A stretch of DNA of 64,000 bases, taken from an uncultured delta proteobacterium. GTDB taxonomy: Bacteria > Desulfobacterota > Binatia > UBA9968. The notes below the pieces were generated by a model, which worked only from the letters and a program-made list of their open reading frames with translations, ran no database searches and was not told the origin of the DNA. The position numbers and the translations under genes were made by a program. The stretch is taken from assembly GCA_963847445.1 (NCBI GenBank), contig CAWJZV010000007.1, forward strand, positions 224,001 to 288,000. The letters run 5' to 3'. Of the stretch, positions 11,188 through 23,957 are shown piece by piece. How positions within the stretch are numbered: position 1 is the stretch's first letter; the number at the start of each line of letters is the position of its first letter.

Positions 11188-12605
11188 ATGTCCGTAAAAG
11201 ACGCCCTAGAGATGGCGAAGAAGAACAAAGTAGAGATCGTCGATTTCAAGTTTATCGACGTGCCCGGGCTGTGGCAGCACTTTTCGATTCCCGGCAACAG
11301 ATTTCGACGCCGATAAGTTCGAACAAGGGTTGGGCTTTGACGGTTCGAGCATCCGCGGCTTTCAGAGCATCAACGAATCGGACATGATCCTGATCCCCGA
11401 TCCCGACACCGCCATGATGGATCCGTTCACCGAACACCCCACCATGAGCTTTGTCTGTAACGTGTTGGATGCGATCACCCGCCAGCCCTACTCCCGCGAT
11501 CCCCGCTATATCACTCAGAAAGCCGAGAAGTATTTAAAGTCCACCGGCCTGGCCGACATCAGCTACTGGGGTCCCGAGATCGAGTTCTTTATCTTCGACA
11601 GCATCCGCTTCGACCAGAACCACCATGAAGGCTACTATCATATCGACTCCAGCGAAGGGTTCTGGAACTCCGGCAACGGCGACGGCCCCAATCTGGGCAA
11701 CAAGATTCGTTACAAAGAAGGTTACTACCCGGTTCCGCCGATGGATCAGTATCAAGACCTGCGCTCCCAGATGGTGCTCAACTTAGAGAAATGCGGCATC
11801 AAGATCGAAGTGCATCACCACGAAGTCGCCACCGGCGGCCAGACCGAGATCGACATGCGCTTTGACACCATGACCAAGATGGCCGACAAGGTGCTGCTGT
11901 ATAAGTATGTGGTTAAGAACACCGCCAAGCAAAGAGGCAAAGTGGTCACCTGTATGCCCAAGCCGCTGTTTCAGGACAATGGTTCCGGCATGCACTGCCA
12001 CCAGAGCTTGTGGAAGTCCGGCAAGAATATTTTCTACGACAAGAAGGGCTACGGCCTGATCAGCGAGACCGCCAGACATTACATTGGCGGCCTGCTCAAG
12101 CACGCCCACGCGCTGTGCGCCTTCATCGCGCCGACGACCAACTCCTACCGCAGACTGGTGCCCGGCTACGAAGCGCCGATCAACTTGGTCTACTCGGCGC
12201 GAAACCGCAGCGCCTGTGTGCGTATTCCCATGTACTCGACCAGCGAGAAGGCCAAGCGGCTGGAGTTTCGCACTCCTGACCCGAGCGCCAATCCGTACCT
12301 CGCCTTTCCGGCGATGTTGATGGCGGGGTTGGACGGGATTAGAAACAAGATCGAGCCGCCGAAACCGATCGACAAGAACTTGTACGAATTGGAACCCGAA
12401 GAGGCCGCCAAGGTGAAGTCGATGCCGGGATCGCTCGACCAGGCGCTCGATGCCTTGGAGAAGGATCATGATTTCCTGCTCAAGGGCGATGTCTTCACCA
12501 AGGACGTGATCGAGACCTGGCTGGAGTACAAACGCAAGCATGAGGTCGATGCCATCCGGCTTCAGACCCCATCCTTGGGAGTTCGCTCTCTATTTCGATA
12601 TCTAA
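11188..12605 (+). CDS. glnA: Glutamine synthetase type I; frameshifts near both ends
   Basis: [40 protein letters not shown] and adenylylation motif NLYEL. Confidence 0.96.
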
Positions 12606-12614
12606 AAATACTAA

Positions 12615-13019
<405 letters not shown>

Positions 13020-13047
13020 ACCGATCAACACACGTTTTCATCAAGTC

Positions 13048-13097
13048 AAAAAACCTCAGCTGCGGCAAGGGAATTGCCTCCGCGCTGAGGTTTTTTT
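13048..13097. terminator. Intrinsic terminator, probably bidirectional
   Basis: AAAAAACCTCAGC...GCTGAGGTTTTTTT after glnB. Confidence 0.8.
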
Positions 13098-13203
13098 CGA
13101 CTATTACAGTTTCGACCGAGCAACCAGGGAAACTTTACTGTGGATGATTGTCCTTGCAGAAGGCAGCAACGATCACCTGCGGAATTGGAAACATCATTGG
13201 TAA

Positions 13204-13237
13204 CTACGTCATGCCGGCCTGCGCCGACATGACGTAG
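13204..13237. repeat. REP-like palindrome
   Basis: CTACGTCATGCCGGC-CTGC-GCCGACATGACGTAG. Confidence 0.55.
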
Positions 13238-13299
13238 AGTAAGAACCAGCTCCCGCCGATTTTATGCCTCAGTGAGTATTGAGCGCGAGGCCTTGACGG

Positions 13300-14892
13300 C
13301 TAATTATCTTTTTCTTCCCCAGGCTGCTTGCCCGGCTCGAAGCCACCGACTTCGTGGTAAACCACTTCCTTTTTTTCCTCGAAGGCTCTGACGCTGGGAA
13401 CTTGTCCCGGTAAGCCGAGTTTTTTCCACTCGCCGGCGACCTTGTCGTACATCTCTTTGCGCAATGCGGTGCGCTTGGAGAACACCGGCAGGTAGCGATG
13501 TTCTTTGCAGGCGTTGATCAACGCTTTGGAACCATAGGGGCGTTTTTCCGGGGGATTTTGCGTTGGGTCGAGCCAAGTCGACCAGGTGTTGCGTAAAATA
13601 TCGACATCGTCGATGGGATTGCAGCGACTGCTCATGGCCCAGATCACTTGATCCATGTCGGTGGGGTCAATATCTTCGTCGACGGCGATGATCCACTTGG
13701 TGTAATAAGCGCCGCCGGGAACCTGGGCGGCTAAAGCGAGCGCCTGGGCGGCATGGCCGGCGTAGCGCTGCTCAAGAGCGATCACGGTCATGCCAAATCC
13801 ACCGGCGCCGGCAGGGTGGGCGTAAACGCCTTGGATACCGGGGATGCCGAGCTTGTCGAGATCGTCCCAAATACGCGCCGAGCGGATGATCGAGAAAAAG
13901 CCGCTCTGCTCGTTGGACGGATAGTCCGCCATCAAGGCGTTGGTCAGGATCGGATTATTGCGGTAATGCACTGCGGTAATCTCAACCAAGGGGCAGCCCG
14001 CTTCGGGCCGGCCATAATAGCCGGGGAATTCGCCAAAGGGCCCTTCACTCCTCACCGAGTTGGGCTTGATAATGCCCTCAATCATGAATTCGGCGTTGGC
14101 GGGCAATAACAAATTGGTCGTCTTGCCTTTGACCACCGGAATCGGCTCACCCTTGATGCCGCCCAAATACTCATATTCAGAAACGTTCTTGGGAAAAGTC
14201 TGCGAGCCCAGCACCATGAACAATGGATCGATGCCCCAGGCAGCCGCCACTTCAACCGGCTTGCCTTGCTGCCACGAGCGGGTGATGTGCAAACGCGCGT
14301 CTTTTCCCGGGGACAGGTAGAGTCCGCATTCGTTTTTACTCTGCAGCATCATGCGATAGGTACCGACGTTCAAATAACCGCTGTCGGGATCGCGGGTGAT
14401 GACGCAGTCCGCGGTGCCGGCGTAGCGGCCGCCGTCGAGGGGCCAATGGCGTGGAATCGGCAGTTCCGTTAGATCGATCTTATCGCCGGTCAGGGTGTTC
14501 TGATACATCGGCGCTTCGGCGGCGGAAACCTCGCGCGGCGCCATGCGATTTTTCAATTTGTCTTTAGTCCGGCGAATCAGTTCCACCGTCTCGGTGTCGT
14601 GGGGTTCTTCCATCGTCAAGGCGATACGCGGAATGCTCGGGCCTAAAATATTCCACAGCGACTGCGCCTTGTACAAGCTCTTTTCATAACCCTTGATGTT
14701 ATCGAACAGGATTGCCGGCGATGGCTTCTGTTTGGCGACTAGATATCCGATGGCGCTCATTTCTTCGTCGCAGCTCACCGCATCTTTGACCCGGACCAAA
14801 TCGCCCAACGCTTCGACGCGGCTCAGCCACTCGCGCAGATCTTGGATCGGTTTTGTGCTGCTCTCGGTTAGTTTTTCTTCTCGTTTAGCCAT
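13300..14892 (-). CDS. UbiD family (prFMN-dependent) decarboxylase
   Basis: PLDGGRY, NVGTYR, EGPFGEFPGYY and IAVDEDIDP.D..QV.WA. Confidence 0.92.
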   Translation of the reverse strand: MAKREEKLTESSTKPIQDLREWLSRVEALGDLVRVKDAVSCDEEMSAIGYLVAKQKPSPAILFDNIKGYEKSLYKAQSLWNILGPSIPRIALTMEEPHDTETVELIRRTKDKLKNRMAPREVSAAEAPMYQNTLTGDKIDLTELPIPRHWPLDGGRYAGTADCVITRDPDSGYLNVGTYRMMLQSKNECGLYLSPGKDARLHITRSWQQGKPVEVAAAWGIDPLFMVLGSQTFPKNVSEYEYLGGIKGEPIPVVKGKTTNLLLPANAEFMIEGIIKPNSVRSEGPFGEFPGYYGRPEAGCPLVEITAVHYRNNPILTNALMADYPSNEQSGFFSIIRSARIWDDLDKLGIPGIQGVYAHPAGAGGFGMTVIALEQRYAGHAAQALALAAQVPGGAYYTKWIIAVDEDIDPTDMDQVIWAMSSRCNPIDDVDILRNTWSTWLDPTQNPPEKRPYGSKALINACKEHRYLPVFSKRTALRKEMYDKVAGEWKKLGLPGQVPSVRAFEEKKEVVYHEVGGFEPGKQPGEEKDN

Positions 14893-14935
14893 CGGTTTCC
14901 TCCAATTTTTTCACTGATAATTTGACCTTGCAGCC

Positions 14936-15682
14936 TCACAGCCGCGCGCCCTTCGGCAACTGCGCGCGAAAATAGGCGAAGGCATCGTAGGAACGGAACA
15001 TCATATTTTCTTTCATGTAATCGATCTCAGCCTGGGGCATGACCGTCGGCTTGCCGACACAGCTCGCGATGAACTGCATATAGGCGGTGCGCTCCAGATA
15101 AATCGCGTGGACGGTAGCATATTCTAAGCTGTCGCCGCATACAATAATGCCGTGCCCTTTGAGCAACATCGCCATGCGGTCTTGCAACGTCGCGCAGATC
15201 TCTTTGCCGTCGCGCATGGTGTAGATCAGTCTTGGGCTGGGGAAAATCGGCGTTTCCGGCGCAAACACCGCGGCTTGGTTATAGATCGGCAGGATCGGCG
15301 TGCCCGCTACCGAGAAAGCGGTCGCGATGGTTTGATGGGTGTGGACCACGGAATTGACATCCGGACGGGCGTTGTAGATCGCCGCGTGAATCATAGTTTC
15401 GCGCGGCGGATTCTTGATCTTGGTGACGGCGCGCTGGTTACCGGCCTTGGCGTAGTTGGCCTCGCAGACTTCGAAATACTGATCGATGTCGACCTCGATG
15501 ATATGCTTGGGCGCCACTTCACCGAGCGGCGCCAGCACCGGCTTGATAAAAAACTTTCGCGTGCCGGGAATGCGCGCGCTGACATGGCCGTGATAATCGG
15601 CCAATCCTTGGTGGAACATGATGCGGTTGCCAAGGGCAACTTTCTTTTTTAGTTCGTCGGTATCCTTCTTGCTGATTTTCAC
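14936..15682 (-). CDS. Class II aldolase/adducin family protein
   Basis: GHVSAR, E..IHAAIY.ARPDV.SVVHTH and LLKGHG. Confidence 0.9.
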   Translation of the reverse strand: MKISKKDTDELKKKVALGNRIMFHQGLADYHGHVSARIPGTRKFFIKPVLAPLGEVAPKHIIEVDIDQYFEVCEANYAKAGNQRAVTKIKNPPRETMIHAAIYNARPDVNSVVHTHQTIATAFSVAGTPILPIYNQAAVFAPETPIFPSPRLIYTMRDGKEICATLQDRMAMLLKGHGIIVCGDSLEYATVHAIYLERTAYMQFIASCVGKPTVMPQAEIDYMKENMMFRSYDAFAYFRAQLPKGARL

Positions 15683-15717
15683 CGGTCAATCCCCTTTCTA
15701 ATTTCATCGCCTTTGAG

Positions 15718-16650
15718 CTAGTTGTTTTGCCGCTTCGACGGCGTTCCGCTGCTTGTCTCCTCGACCCACCAGTGGATATTCATCCAGTTCCACTGCTCCG
15801 GATAGCTGCGCACGGTACGTTCAAGCCAGCGGGTAATTCTGATGGTATTCTCACGAACCGCCGCGGCGTTGCGCTCTTCCCGCGCAAGCTCCAACTCCGG
15901 CTCGATGACCAGCCGCAAACTATCGTCCGCCTGACGTACCATACAAGCCGGAACCACCGCGGCACCGGTGCGCAACGCCAAACTCACGGCGCCGCGCCGG
16001 GCAATCACCGTCTTACCAAAAAGCGGCACTTCAATGCCAGAGCCCCGTCGGTATTCGTCGGCAATCACGACCGCGATCTGATTGCGCCGCAGCACTTCGG
16101 TAAGCTCGCGCAGCGCCCGCTGGCGCGGCCGCGCGTGAATGGTCTTCTGCCGAACCTGCAGACGATAATCATCCATCAGCTCGGCAAAACGGCCGTCACG
16201 CGGCTGATTGACCAAGACGAAAGTCGGCAAACCTTCGAGCGCTAACACGGCACCCGACCAGGAAAAAATTCCCTAAATGGGCGCTGAGCAGCAGCACTCC
16301 TTTGCCCTTGGCAAGCGCCGCATCGAGATGCTTGCGACCGACAATCGGAATTTCCGCCTTGAGCTTGGCATCGGAAGCTACGACTGCGACCCCGATCTCC
16401 ACACAAGCGCGAAAAAAATTACGCAGCGAGTTCGCGCGCGACACCGCCGATCTCACTGGAACTCAAGCCGTCGCCCAGGGCAATGCGAATATTGGCGATC
16501 GAACGAGTACGAAATCCGCGAAAAAGATAAAACCCGATCCTGGCTAGCCCATCGGATAGGCGAAAATACAACTCCCGGACATACCCGGATCGCCAGCGCA
16601 ACCAATCTTGAAGCCGAACCAAGTGCTTAGGTATGCGAGTTTTCCCGTGA
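15718..16650 (-). CDS. Lipid A lauroyl/lysophospholipid acyltransferase (HtrB/LpxL-like); frameshifted, start approximate
   Basis: ALAKGKGVLLLSAHLGN, VPLFG and YPEQWNW. Confidence 0.82.
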
Positions 16651-16916
16651 GCCGAGCGATCATCGATTATCGAGAGCCGTCGGTTCCGCACCGCTCTCCA
16701 GTGCTATAAAGTACGCCAATCTACGCTACTTTTTTGCCCGTCGCAACCGCAAAATGACCTCTATCAGCCCGCTTCATGCACCAATCTTTGGCAGGAAACT
16801 ATCGCAATTTCAATTGCTTACAGAATTTCAGCGGCCCCGCTCGGTTGTCAGGGTTATTCCTATTGCGGACTAGGTGTGATAATAATTTTCGACTGCTGTG
16901 AACCCGGATAAGATTT

Positions 16917-17294
16917 ATGCGCATGATTTTACCTCCGATAAAGAAACGTCGGGCGATCGACCGATTGCTGTCGGCCTTTTTTAGCGAATGCAAAGCCTCC
17001 GACTTTAAGAAAGCGATTAGCCTGCTGTGCCGGTTTTACCATCTGAAGCAACCCAAAATAGAATGGTTTGAGTATATCGATTGGGGCAAAACCGCGGGCA
17101 AGACCTACGAGACCGGTCAGATTTATTTGGTTCACCCGGAGAATTGGAAGAAAGGCCGCAAATACAACACCGCCAGGCGCTGGATCAATCTGGTCTACCA
17201 TGAGATGGGTCACTATGTTTTCTGGGCCGACGCGGAAAATAAAGCCGATATGTTCGCCACGCGCATGGTGCGCGGTTTGAACAATCAAAAATAA
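16917..17294 (+). CDS. Small hypothetical protein with zincin HExxH motif
   Basis: HEMGH followed by E..AD.FA; intact 125-aa ORF. Confidence 0.7.
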   Translation: MRMILPPIKKRRAIDRLLSAFFSECKASDFKKAISLLCRFYHLKQPKIEWFEYIDWGKTAGKTYETGQIYLVHPENWKKGRKYNTARRWINLVYHEMGHYVFWADAENKADMFATRMVRGLNNQK

Positions 17295-17366
17295 GGAATC
17301 AGATAGAGCGACCGCGCCAGAGACCGGCCCGCGCCTTACTCGTCGCGCATCTCTATCCAATCAGCC

Positions 17367-20206
17367 ATGGACTATAAAGATACTCTCAACTTACCGAAGA
17401 CCGACTTTCCCATGCGCGGCAACCTGCCGCAAAACGAACCTAAGCAGGTCGAAAAGTGGGACAAGGAACGGGCCTATTTGCAGATCCTTGAGGCGAATCA
17501 GGGCAAGCCCAGGTTCATCCTGCATGACGGGCCGCCCTACGCCAACGGCAACATCCACATCGGCCATGCGCTAAACAAAATCCTCAAAGACATCATCATC
17601 AAGTACAAGGCGATGACCGGCCATTCGGCGCCCTATGTCCCCGGCTGGGACTGCCATGGCCTGCCCATCGAACTGCAAGTCGAGAAGAACCTCGGCCGGG
17701 CGAAAAAGTTGGCCATGAGCAAGGCCGAAATTCGCAAGCTCTGCAAAGAGTACGCGGAGAAGTATATTTCGATTCAACGCGAAGAGTTCAAACGGCTTGG
17801 CGTGCTCGGCGATTGGGACAAACCTTATCGCACCTTGGACCCGCAGTACGAAGCCCAAGAAGTGCGCGAACTGGGGAAATTCGTCGCCTCCGGCGCGCTC
17901 TACCGCAAGAAGAAACCGGTCTACTGGTGCGCCTCCTGTGTCACGGCGTTGGCGGAAGCGGAAGTCGAGTACGAAGATCACACGTCGACATCGGTTTACG
18001 TCAAATTCGCGGTAATCCGACGGTGGCACAAGCGATGAAGGCGGACGGCAACACGTTCTTCGTCATCTGGACCACCACCCCTTGGACTTTGCCGGCCAAC
18101 CAAGCGATCGCGGTTCATCCCAAGTTTACGTACCGGCTGGTGAAGACCGCGCAAGGCGATTTGATCATTAACCAAGAACTAATCGACCAGCGTGATGCAA
18201 GCCATCGGTCTGGAAGCCAAGGATTATGACAATCGTTCCCGGGGGCTGGACCGGCGCAGAACTCGAAGGCATCGTCTGCCGTCATCCCTGGCTCGACCGC
18301 GACTCGAAGATCGTGCTTGGCGACTACGTGACCCAGGATCAAGGCACCGGCTGCGTCCATATCGCCCCCGGCCATGGCCAGGAAGACTACGAAGTCGGCA
18401 TGCGCTACGGATTGCCGGTCATGGCACCGGTGGACCCGGCAAGGCAGATTCACCGCGGAAGCGGGCGATTTGCAAGGCGAGTCGGTGTTCAAAGCCGACC
18501 CGCGCATCGTTCAAAAACTGATCGAACGCGGACGCCCTGCTCAAAGAAGACAAGCTGACCCATAGCTATCCGCACTGTTGGCGCTGCAAAAAGCCGGTGA
18601 TCTTTCGCGCCACCGAACAGTGGTTTATCTCCATGGAGAAAAACGACCTGCGCGACCAGGCGCTGCGCGCCATCGACGAGGTCAAATGGATTCCGCCCTG
18701 GGGTCGTGATCGGATTCGCGGCATGCTCGAAGCGCGCCCGGACTGGTGCATCTCGCGCCAGCGCTCCTGGGGCGTGCCGATCCCGGCGGTCTACTGCAAG
18801 AAATGTAATCAAGCCGTGCTGACCCAGGCGATTTGCGATCATGTCGCGGCGATTTTTGAGAAAGAAGGATCGGATGCTTGGTTCACCCGGCCGGTCAACG
18901 AACTCATGCCCGCCGATCTCAAGTGTCCCGACTGCGGCGGCCAGGATTTTTCCCGGGAAGAAGATATTCTCGATGTCTGGTTCGATTCGGGCGTCAGCTA
19001 CGCATCGGTGGTCGAACAAGACCCGCGTCTCGGCGGCCGCGCCGATCTTTATCTCGAAGGCAGCGATCAACATCGCGGCTGGTTTCACACCGCGCTGCTG
19101 ACTTCGCTGGCGACCCGCGACCGCGCGCCTTACGTCAGCGTGCTCACCCACGGTTTCACCTTGGACGGCAAAGGGCGAAAGATGTCCAAGTCCATGGGCA
19201 ATACCATCGCGCCGCAAGACATCGCGAAAAAATTCGGCGCCGAGATTCTGCGCCTGTGGGTCTCCGCCGAGGACTATCGCGAAGACGTGCGCATCTCGGA
19301 TGAGATTTTGAATCGCCTGGTCGAGGCCTACCGGCGCGTGCGCAACACCGCGCGCTTTTTGATCAGCAATCTCTATGATTTCGATCCATCGAAGGATCGC
19401 GTGCCGGCGGACCAATCTCGACGAGCTCGACCGCTGGATTCTCCAGCGCACGGAAAATCTGCTCAGCCGCTGCCGCGATGCTTATGAGAAGTGCGAGTTC
19501 CACGTCGTCTATCACAGCGTCAATAACTTCTGCGCTGTCGATCTGAGCGCGCAGTACTTGGACATCGTCAAAGACCGGCTATACTGCGAAGGGACGAATT
19601 CGACCAAACGACGCGCGGCGCAGACAACGTTGTATAGAATTCTTGACGTGCTGGTGCATCTGACCGCGCCGATCCTGTCGTTTACCACCGAAGAAATCTG
19701 GAACTACCTGCCGGACAAAGCCGATCGACCGAAGAGCGTCTTTCTATCGCTAATGCCGGAAGCCGACACCAAGGTTGTCGATGCCGAACTCGGTGAAAAA
19801 TGGGAGCGCATCTTCCGACGAGCGCGGCGAAGTGCTCAAGGCGCTGGAACAGGCGCGCAGCGCCGGCATCATCGGCCACTCCCTCGATGCCAAGGTGGTT
19901 TTCGCCAAACACGGCAACCAGCAGGGCGCAAAACTGAGCGAATGGGTGAACATCGACCGCGCCCGGTTGCAGGATCTGTTGATCGTATCTCAAGCCGATA
20001 ACGGCGGTGAATCCACCGCCGCCACCAACGATTCAGCGGCAAGCTACGACGCGCCACTGCTCAACTGCGTGGTCCAAGTCAGCAAAGCCGACGGCGCCAA
20101 GTGCGAACGCTGCTGGAAATACGATGTAAAAATCGGCGCCGACCACAACCATCCGACCGTTTGCCCGCGCTGCGCGGGGGTGTTGAACGCCGGAGCGGCG
20201 GCTTGA
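17367..20206 (+). CDS. ileS: Isoleucine--tRNA ligase; several frameshifts
   Basis: [45 protein letters not shown] and C-terminal CERCW..CPRC zinc finger. Confidence 0.97.
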
Positions 20207-20716
20207 GCGGCAAGTGGAAAAACATTAGCGGCTGGCTCGCCGCCATTGTCGTTCTCGATCAGTTAACCAAGCTCATCGTCGACCGGACGATGGCGCTTTA
20301 TCAATCGATTGCCATCTTCGACGGCTTGTTTAGCTTCACCTACGTGCGCAACCCCGGCGCCGCCTTCGGCATCTTCGCCGGCAGCGCCGAGATCTTTCGC
20401 CGGCCCTTTTTAATCTTGGTATCGATCCTTGCCAGCGGCTTTATCGTCACCTTACTGCAGACGCCTTGACGGTAGAGAACGCGGCTTAATCACGGCACTG
20501 ACTTTTATCCTCGGCGGCGCCGTCGGCAATCTCATCGACCGAGTTTTCTACGGCGAAGTGATCGACTTCCTCGACGTCTACTGGCGCAACTATCACTGGC
20601 CGGCATTCAATGTCGCCGACAGTTTCATCACCATCGGTGTCGCCATCGCGCTTTTCTGCCTGTACAAGCACAAGGGCGACGATCCCTTCGCCGGCCCGGC
20701 GAACGCGGACAAATAA
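20203..20716 (+). CDS. lspA: Signal peptidase II; frameshift ~20460
   Basis: DQLTK, N.GAAFG, GA.GNLIDR, VIDF and FNVADS; follows ileS. Confidence 0.93.
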
Positions 20717-20728
20717 GTTGCCGACAAA

Positions 20729-21020
20729 TCAGTCTTTTAGAATTACCACCGTCGCGCCCCAACTGCCGGCTTCGAGCGGTGCATCGTGAAACGACTCGAC
20801 GTTGGCATGCTTTTCCAACAATGCGCGAATGATATTGCGCTGCACGCCTTTGCCTTTGCCGTGGATCAAGCGCACTTCGTGAAATCCAGCTTCTTTACAC
20901 TGCTCGAGATACTCTTCGACGACGCTGGCGAATTTCTTTCGGTTGAAACGGATGAAGATCGAGATGATCTTCGATGGGAATGACCACCGGATCGTCAAAG
21001 GGCGGATCGGACTCGGTCAT
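20729..21020 (-). CDS. Stand-alone Smr domain protein; frameshift ~20935
   Basis: PIEDHLDLH, RLIHGKGKG and GSWGATVV. Confidence 0.88.
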
Positions 21021-22935
21021 TTCAACGCGCTCTCGGCTATTGTGCACTCGGCTGGAGCTGATTGGCGGCGCGCTTTCGCTGCGCGAGAAATACCGCGGTG
21101 AAAATGGCGATGGCCGCGATGCCGGTCGCCAAGCTCGGAATGAAGGCGAGTACCGTCGCGGCAGCTAAGAGCAGCCATTCGATGTAAATTCAACTTCACG
21201 TAAAAGAAGCCGGTGCTCATGATCGAAAAGAGGATCGTGCCCAGAGTCGCCGAGGCGATGGCGGCAATATTCTGCGCCGGAGTGCCGGTTAGCAGGATGT
21301 GGGTGTAAGCGAACAGCAACGGCATCACGTAAATAATCTTGGCGAAGCGAAAACAGGCCCAGCCGGTTTTCATCGGATCGGCCTGGGCGATGGCCGCCGC
21401 GGCGAAAGGTCCCATGGCCACCGGCGGCGTGATGTTGGAATCGAGGCTCAGCCAAAATATCAACAGATGCGCCGACAGCATCGGCACGCCGAGTTTTAAC
21501 AGCGCCGGCACGGCGACCACGGCGACGACCAAATAGGTCGCGGTGATCGGCAGAGGCAAGCCCAGCACAAAGGTGGCGATGGCGATGAGACCGATGGTGA
21601 TGAGAATACTTTGGCCGGCGAGTTCGATGAGCATGTAGGGAAAGCGGATGATGATGCCGGTCAGCGATAACACGCCGATGAGCACGCCGACGCAACCGGT
21701 GAGCGCCGCGACGAAGACGCAGTTTTTGCCGGCGTTCACTAGCGCCTGCCAAATTTGCTCGGGCCCCATGCGAGTGTCTTGGCGAATCCAGCTAACGACA
21801 ATCGTCGACACGATGCCGTAAAGCGCGGCGACCTGCGGCGAGTAGCCGGCGATCATGACGCCGATCAAGATGGCGATCGGCAGGAGCAGATACCAGCCGC
21901 GCCGCCAGACATCCCACGAGCGCGGCAGATCTTCTTTGGCAAAACCTTTCAAGCCGAGTTTACGCGACTCGAAGTAGACCATGACGCCGACCGACAAGAA
22001 GTAAAGAAGCCGGGAATCAGCGCGACCTTGATGATTTCCAGATAAGGAATGCCGGTCATCTCCGACATGATAAATGCGCCGGCGCCCATGACCGGCGGCA
22101 TGATCGCGCCGCCTGTGGACGCCGCCGCTTCGACCGCGGCGGCGATGTGACCGGGAAAGCCGGCGCGTTTCATCAGCGGGATGGTGATCGAGCCTTTGGT
22201 CACGGTTTCGGCGATCGGGCTGCCGCTGATGGTGCCCATCAAAAGGCTTGAAACGACGGAGGCCTGCGCCGGCCCGCCGGCGACGCGACCGAGACTTGCG
22301 AGAGAAATGTCGACGAAAAATTGCGCCACGCCGGCGCGCTCCAAGAACGCGCCGAAGGCGACGAATGGAATAATGTACTCGGCCAATACCTGCGCCATGA
22401 TGCCGAAGATGCCATCTGAGGTGAGATAGACGTACTCGATGATGCGGCGCATGCTGTAGCCGCGGTGGCCGATGATGAAAGGCAGATAGTTGCCGAACAG
22501 CGCGTAGATTATCGGCACGATGGCGCAAAGCGCCATGTCCCAGCCAAGCACGCGGCGCGCCGCTTCGATGGCGATGACGGTGGCAATCGCTCCCATGGCG
22601 ACATCGAGCGCAGTATAATCGCCGGCGCGATAAGCCATCGCCTCATGCTCGACCATCCAGTAGACCACGCTCGCCGTCGCGCCCGCGGCAAGCAGCAGAT
22701 CGATTAAAGTCGGCCGGTCGGCGCGGGCGCGCTGCCAGCCTTTATAAAGCAGCAGCGGTATGACCAGGCTGTAAAGCACGGCGATGCCGCGGTAGTACTG
22801 CAGCGACACGACGCCGACGGTGGACGCCCAGACGTAATACAACGCCGTGGCGCCCATCATGATCTTGATCGCTCGGTCCCAAGAGCCGGCGAGGGTACGC
22901 AGCAGTACTGGCTTAGCCGCCGTGGCTTCCGACAT
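21017..22935 (-). CDS. TRAP transporter fused permease (4TM/12TM); frameshifted
   Basis: GGPAQASVVSS, EAAASTGG.IMPPVMGAGAFIM and ITPPVA. Confidence 0.9.
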
Positions 22936-22943
22936 GGTTTGAT

Positions 22944-23940
22944 CTATTTCGCGCGGATCGCGTCTGGGATCTGAATGCCGGCGGCGCGCCAGTGATCTTC
23001 GGCGCCTTTATGCAGCGGAAAGGTGACGCCCTGCAGTGCTTTTTGCGCGACCATGTCCTTCGACCCGGCGTGGACTTGCATCATGTGCGCGTTGCCCGCC
23101 TTGTTATAGGCTGCCTCGGTTATTTTCTGCACCAATGCCGGCGCCAAGTCTTTGTTCACGTACCAGATCACCGGAATGCCGATGGTCGACGTGTCCTCGG
23201 TGATGCCTTTGTACGAATTAGCGGCGAAGACGTAGCGAGCGAAATAGGGAAACTGTTTGAAAAAGTCCGTCTTGGTCGCCGGCGTGTAGATGTCGATGGC
23301 GCGAATTGGTTTCTTGGTCGCCGCTTCCATGGTCACGCGATCGGGCTCCGGTCCAGTCCAGAAAAAGGCGTCGGCTTTGCCGTCGCTCATCGCTTCGCCG
23401 GCTTGGGCGCCAAGTAGCGGAATGCGATTGATCTTATCCCAAACCCCCAGTGCGCGGAAAACGCGCTCGGCGCTGGCAAAGGTTCCCGAACCCGGGTACC
23501 GACGGCGACTCGTTTGCCGGCGAGATCGTTCGACCGTGCGGATGCCGCTGTCGGCAAAGGTGATCGTGTGCGCCACGCCGAAGAAGACCAAGCCGACGGC
23601 GCGATAGTTGGTCAGACGGTTTGCCTTTGAACTGCTCCAAGCCGAAGTAGGCTTCATGGACATCCGACGAAAATGACAAGCCCATTTCAGCTTCGCCAGC
23701 CGTTGACGCGCCGAATATTTTCCACCGAACCGCCGGTCGCGGTGACGCGACACATCGAGGCTCGGCGACATTCCTCGATAGATAGGTGCCGATGCCGGTG
23801 GCGAAGATGCCGAACACGCCCGACGGCGGGCCGCCCACGAAATTGAGCCGTTCGACTTTTTGCGCCGTAGCGCCGGTGAATGGTCGAAAAAATCAAGATG
23901 ATCGCCAATCAATTCGCCATGCGGCAAGCTTCGTGGTTTT
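22944..23940 (-). CDS. TAXI family TRAP solute-binding protein; heavily frameshifted, start approximate
   Basis: GGPPSGVF, ATGGSVENI, DGKADAFFW and PLHKGA. Confidence 0.85.
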
Positions 23941-23957
23941 AATCCGACGTTAATTTT

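Noticed and set aside
17295-17366. T-box leader upstream of ileS
   Set aside because: Only 72 nt long, with no T-box consensus
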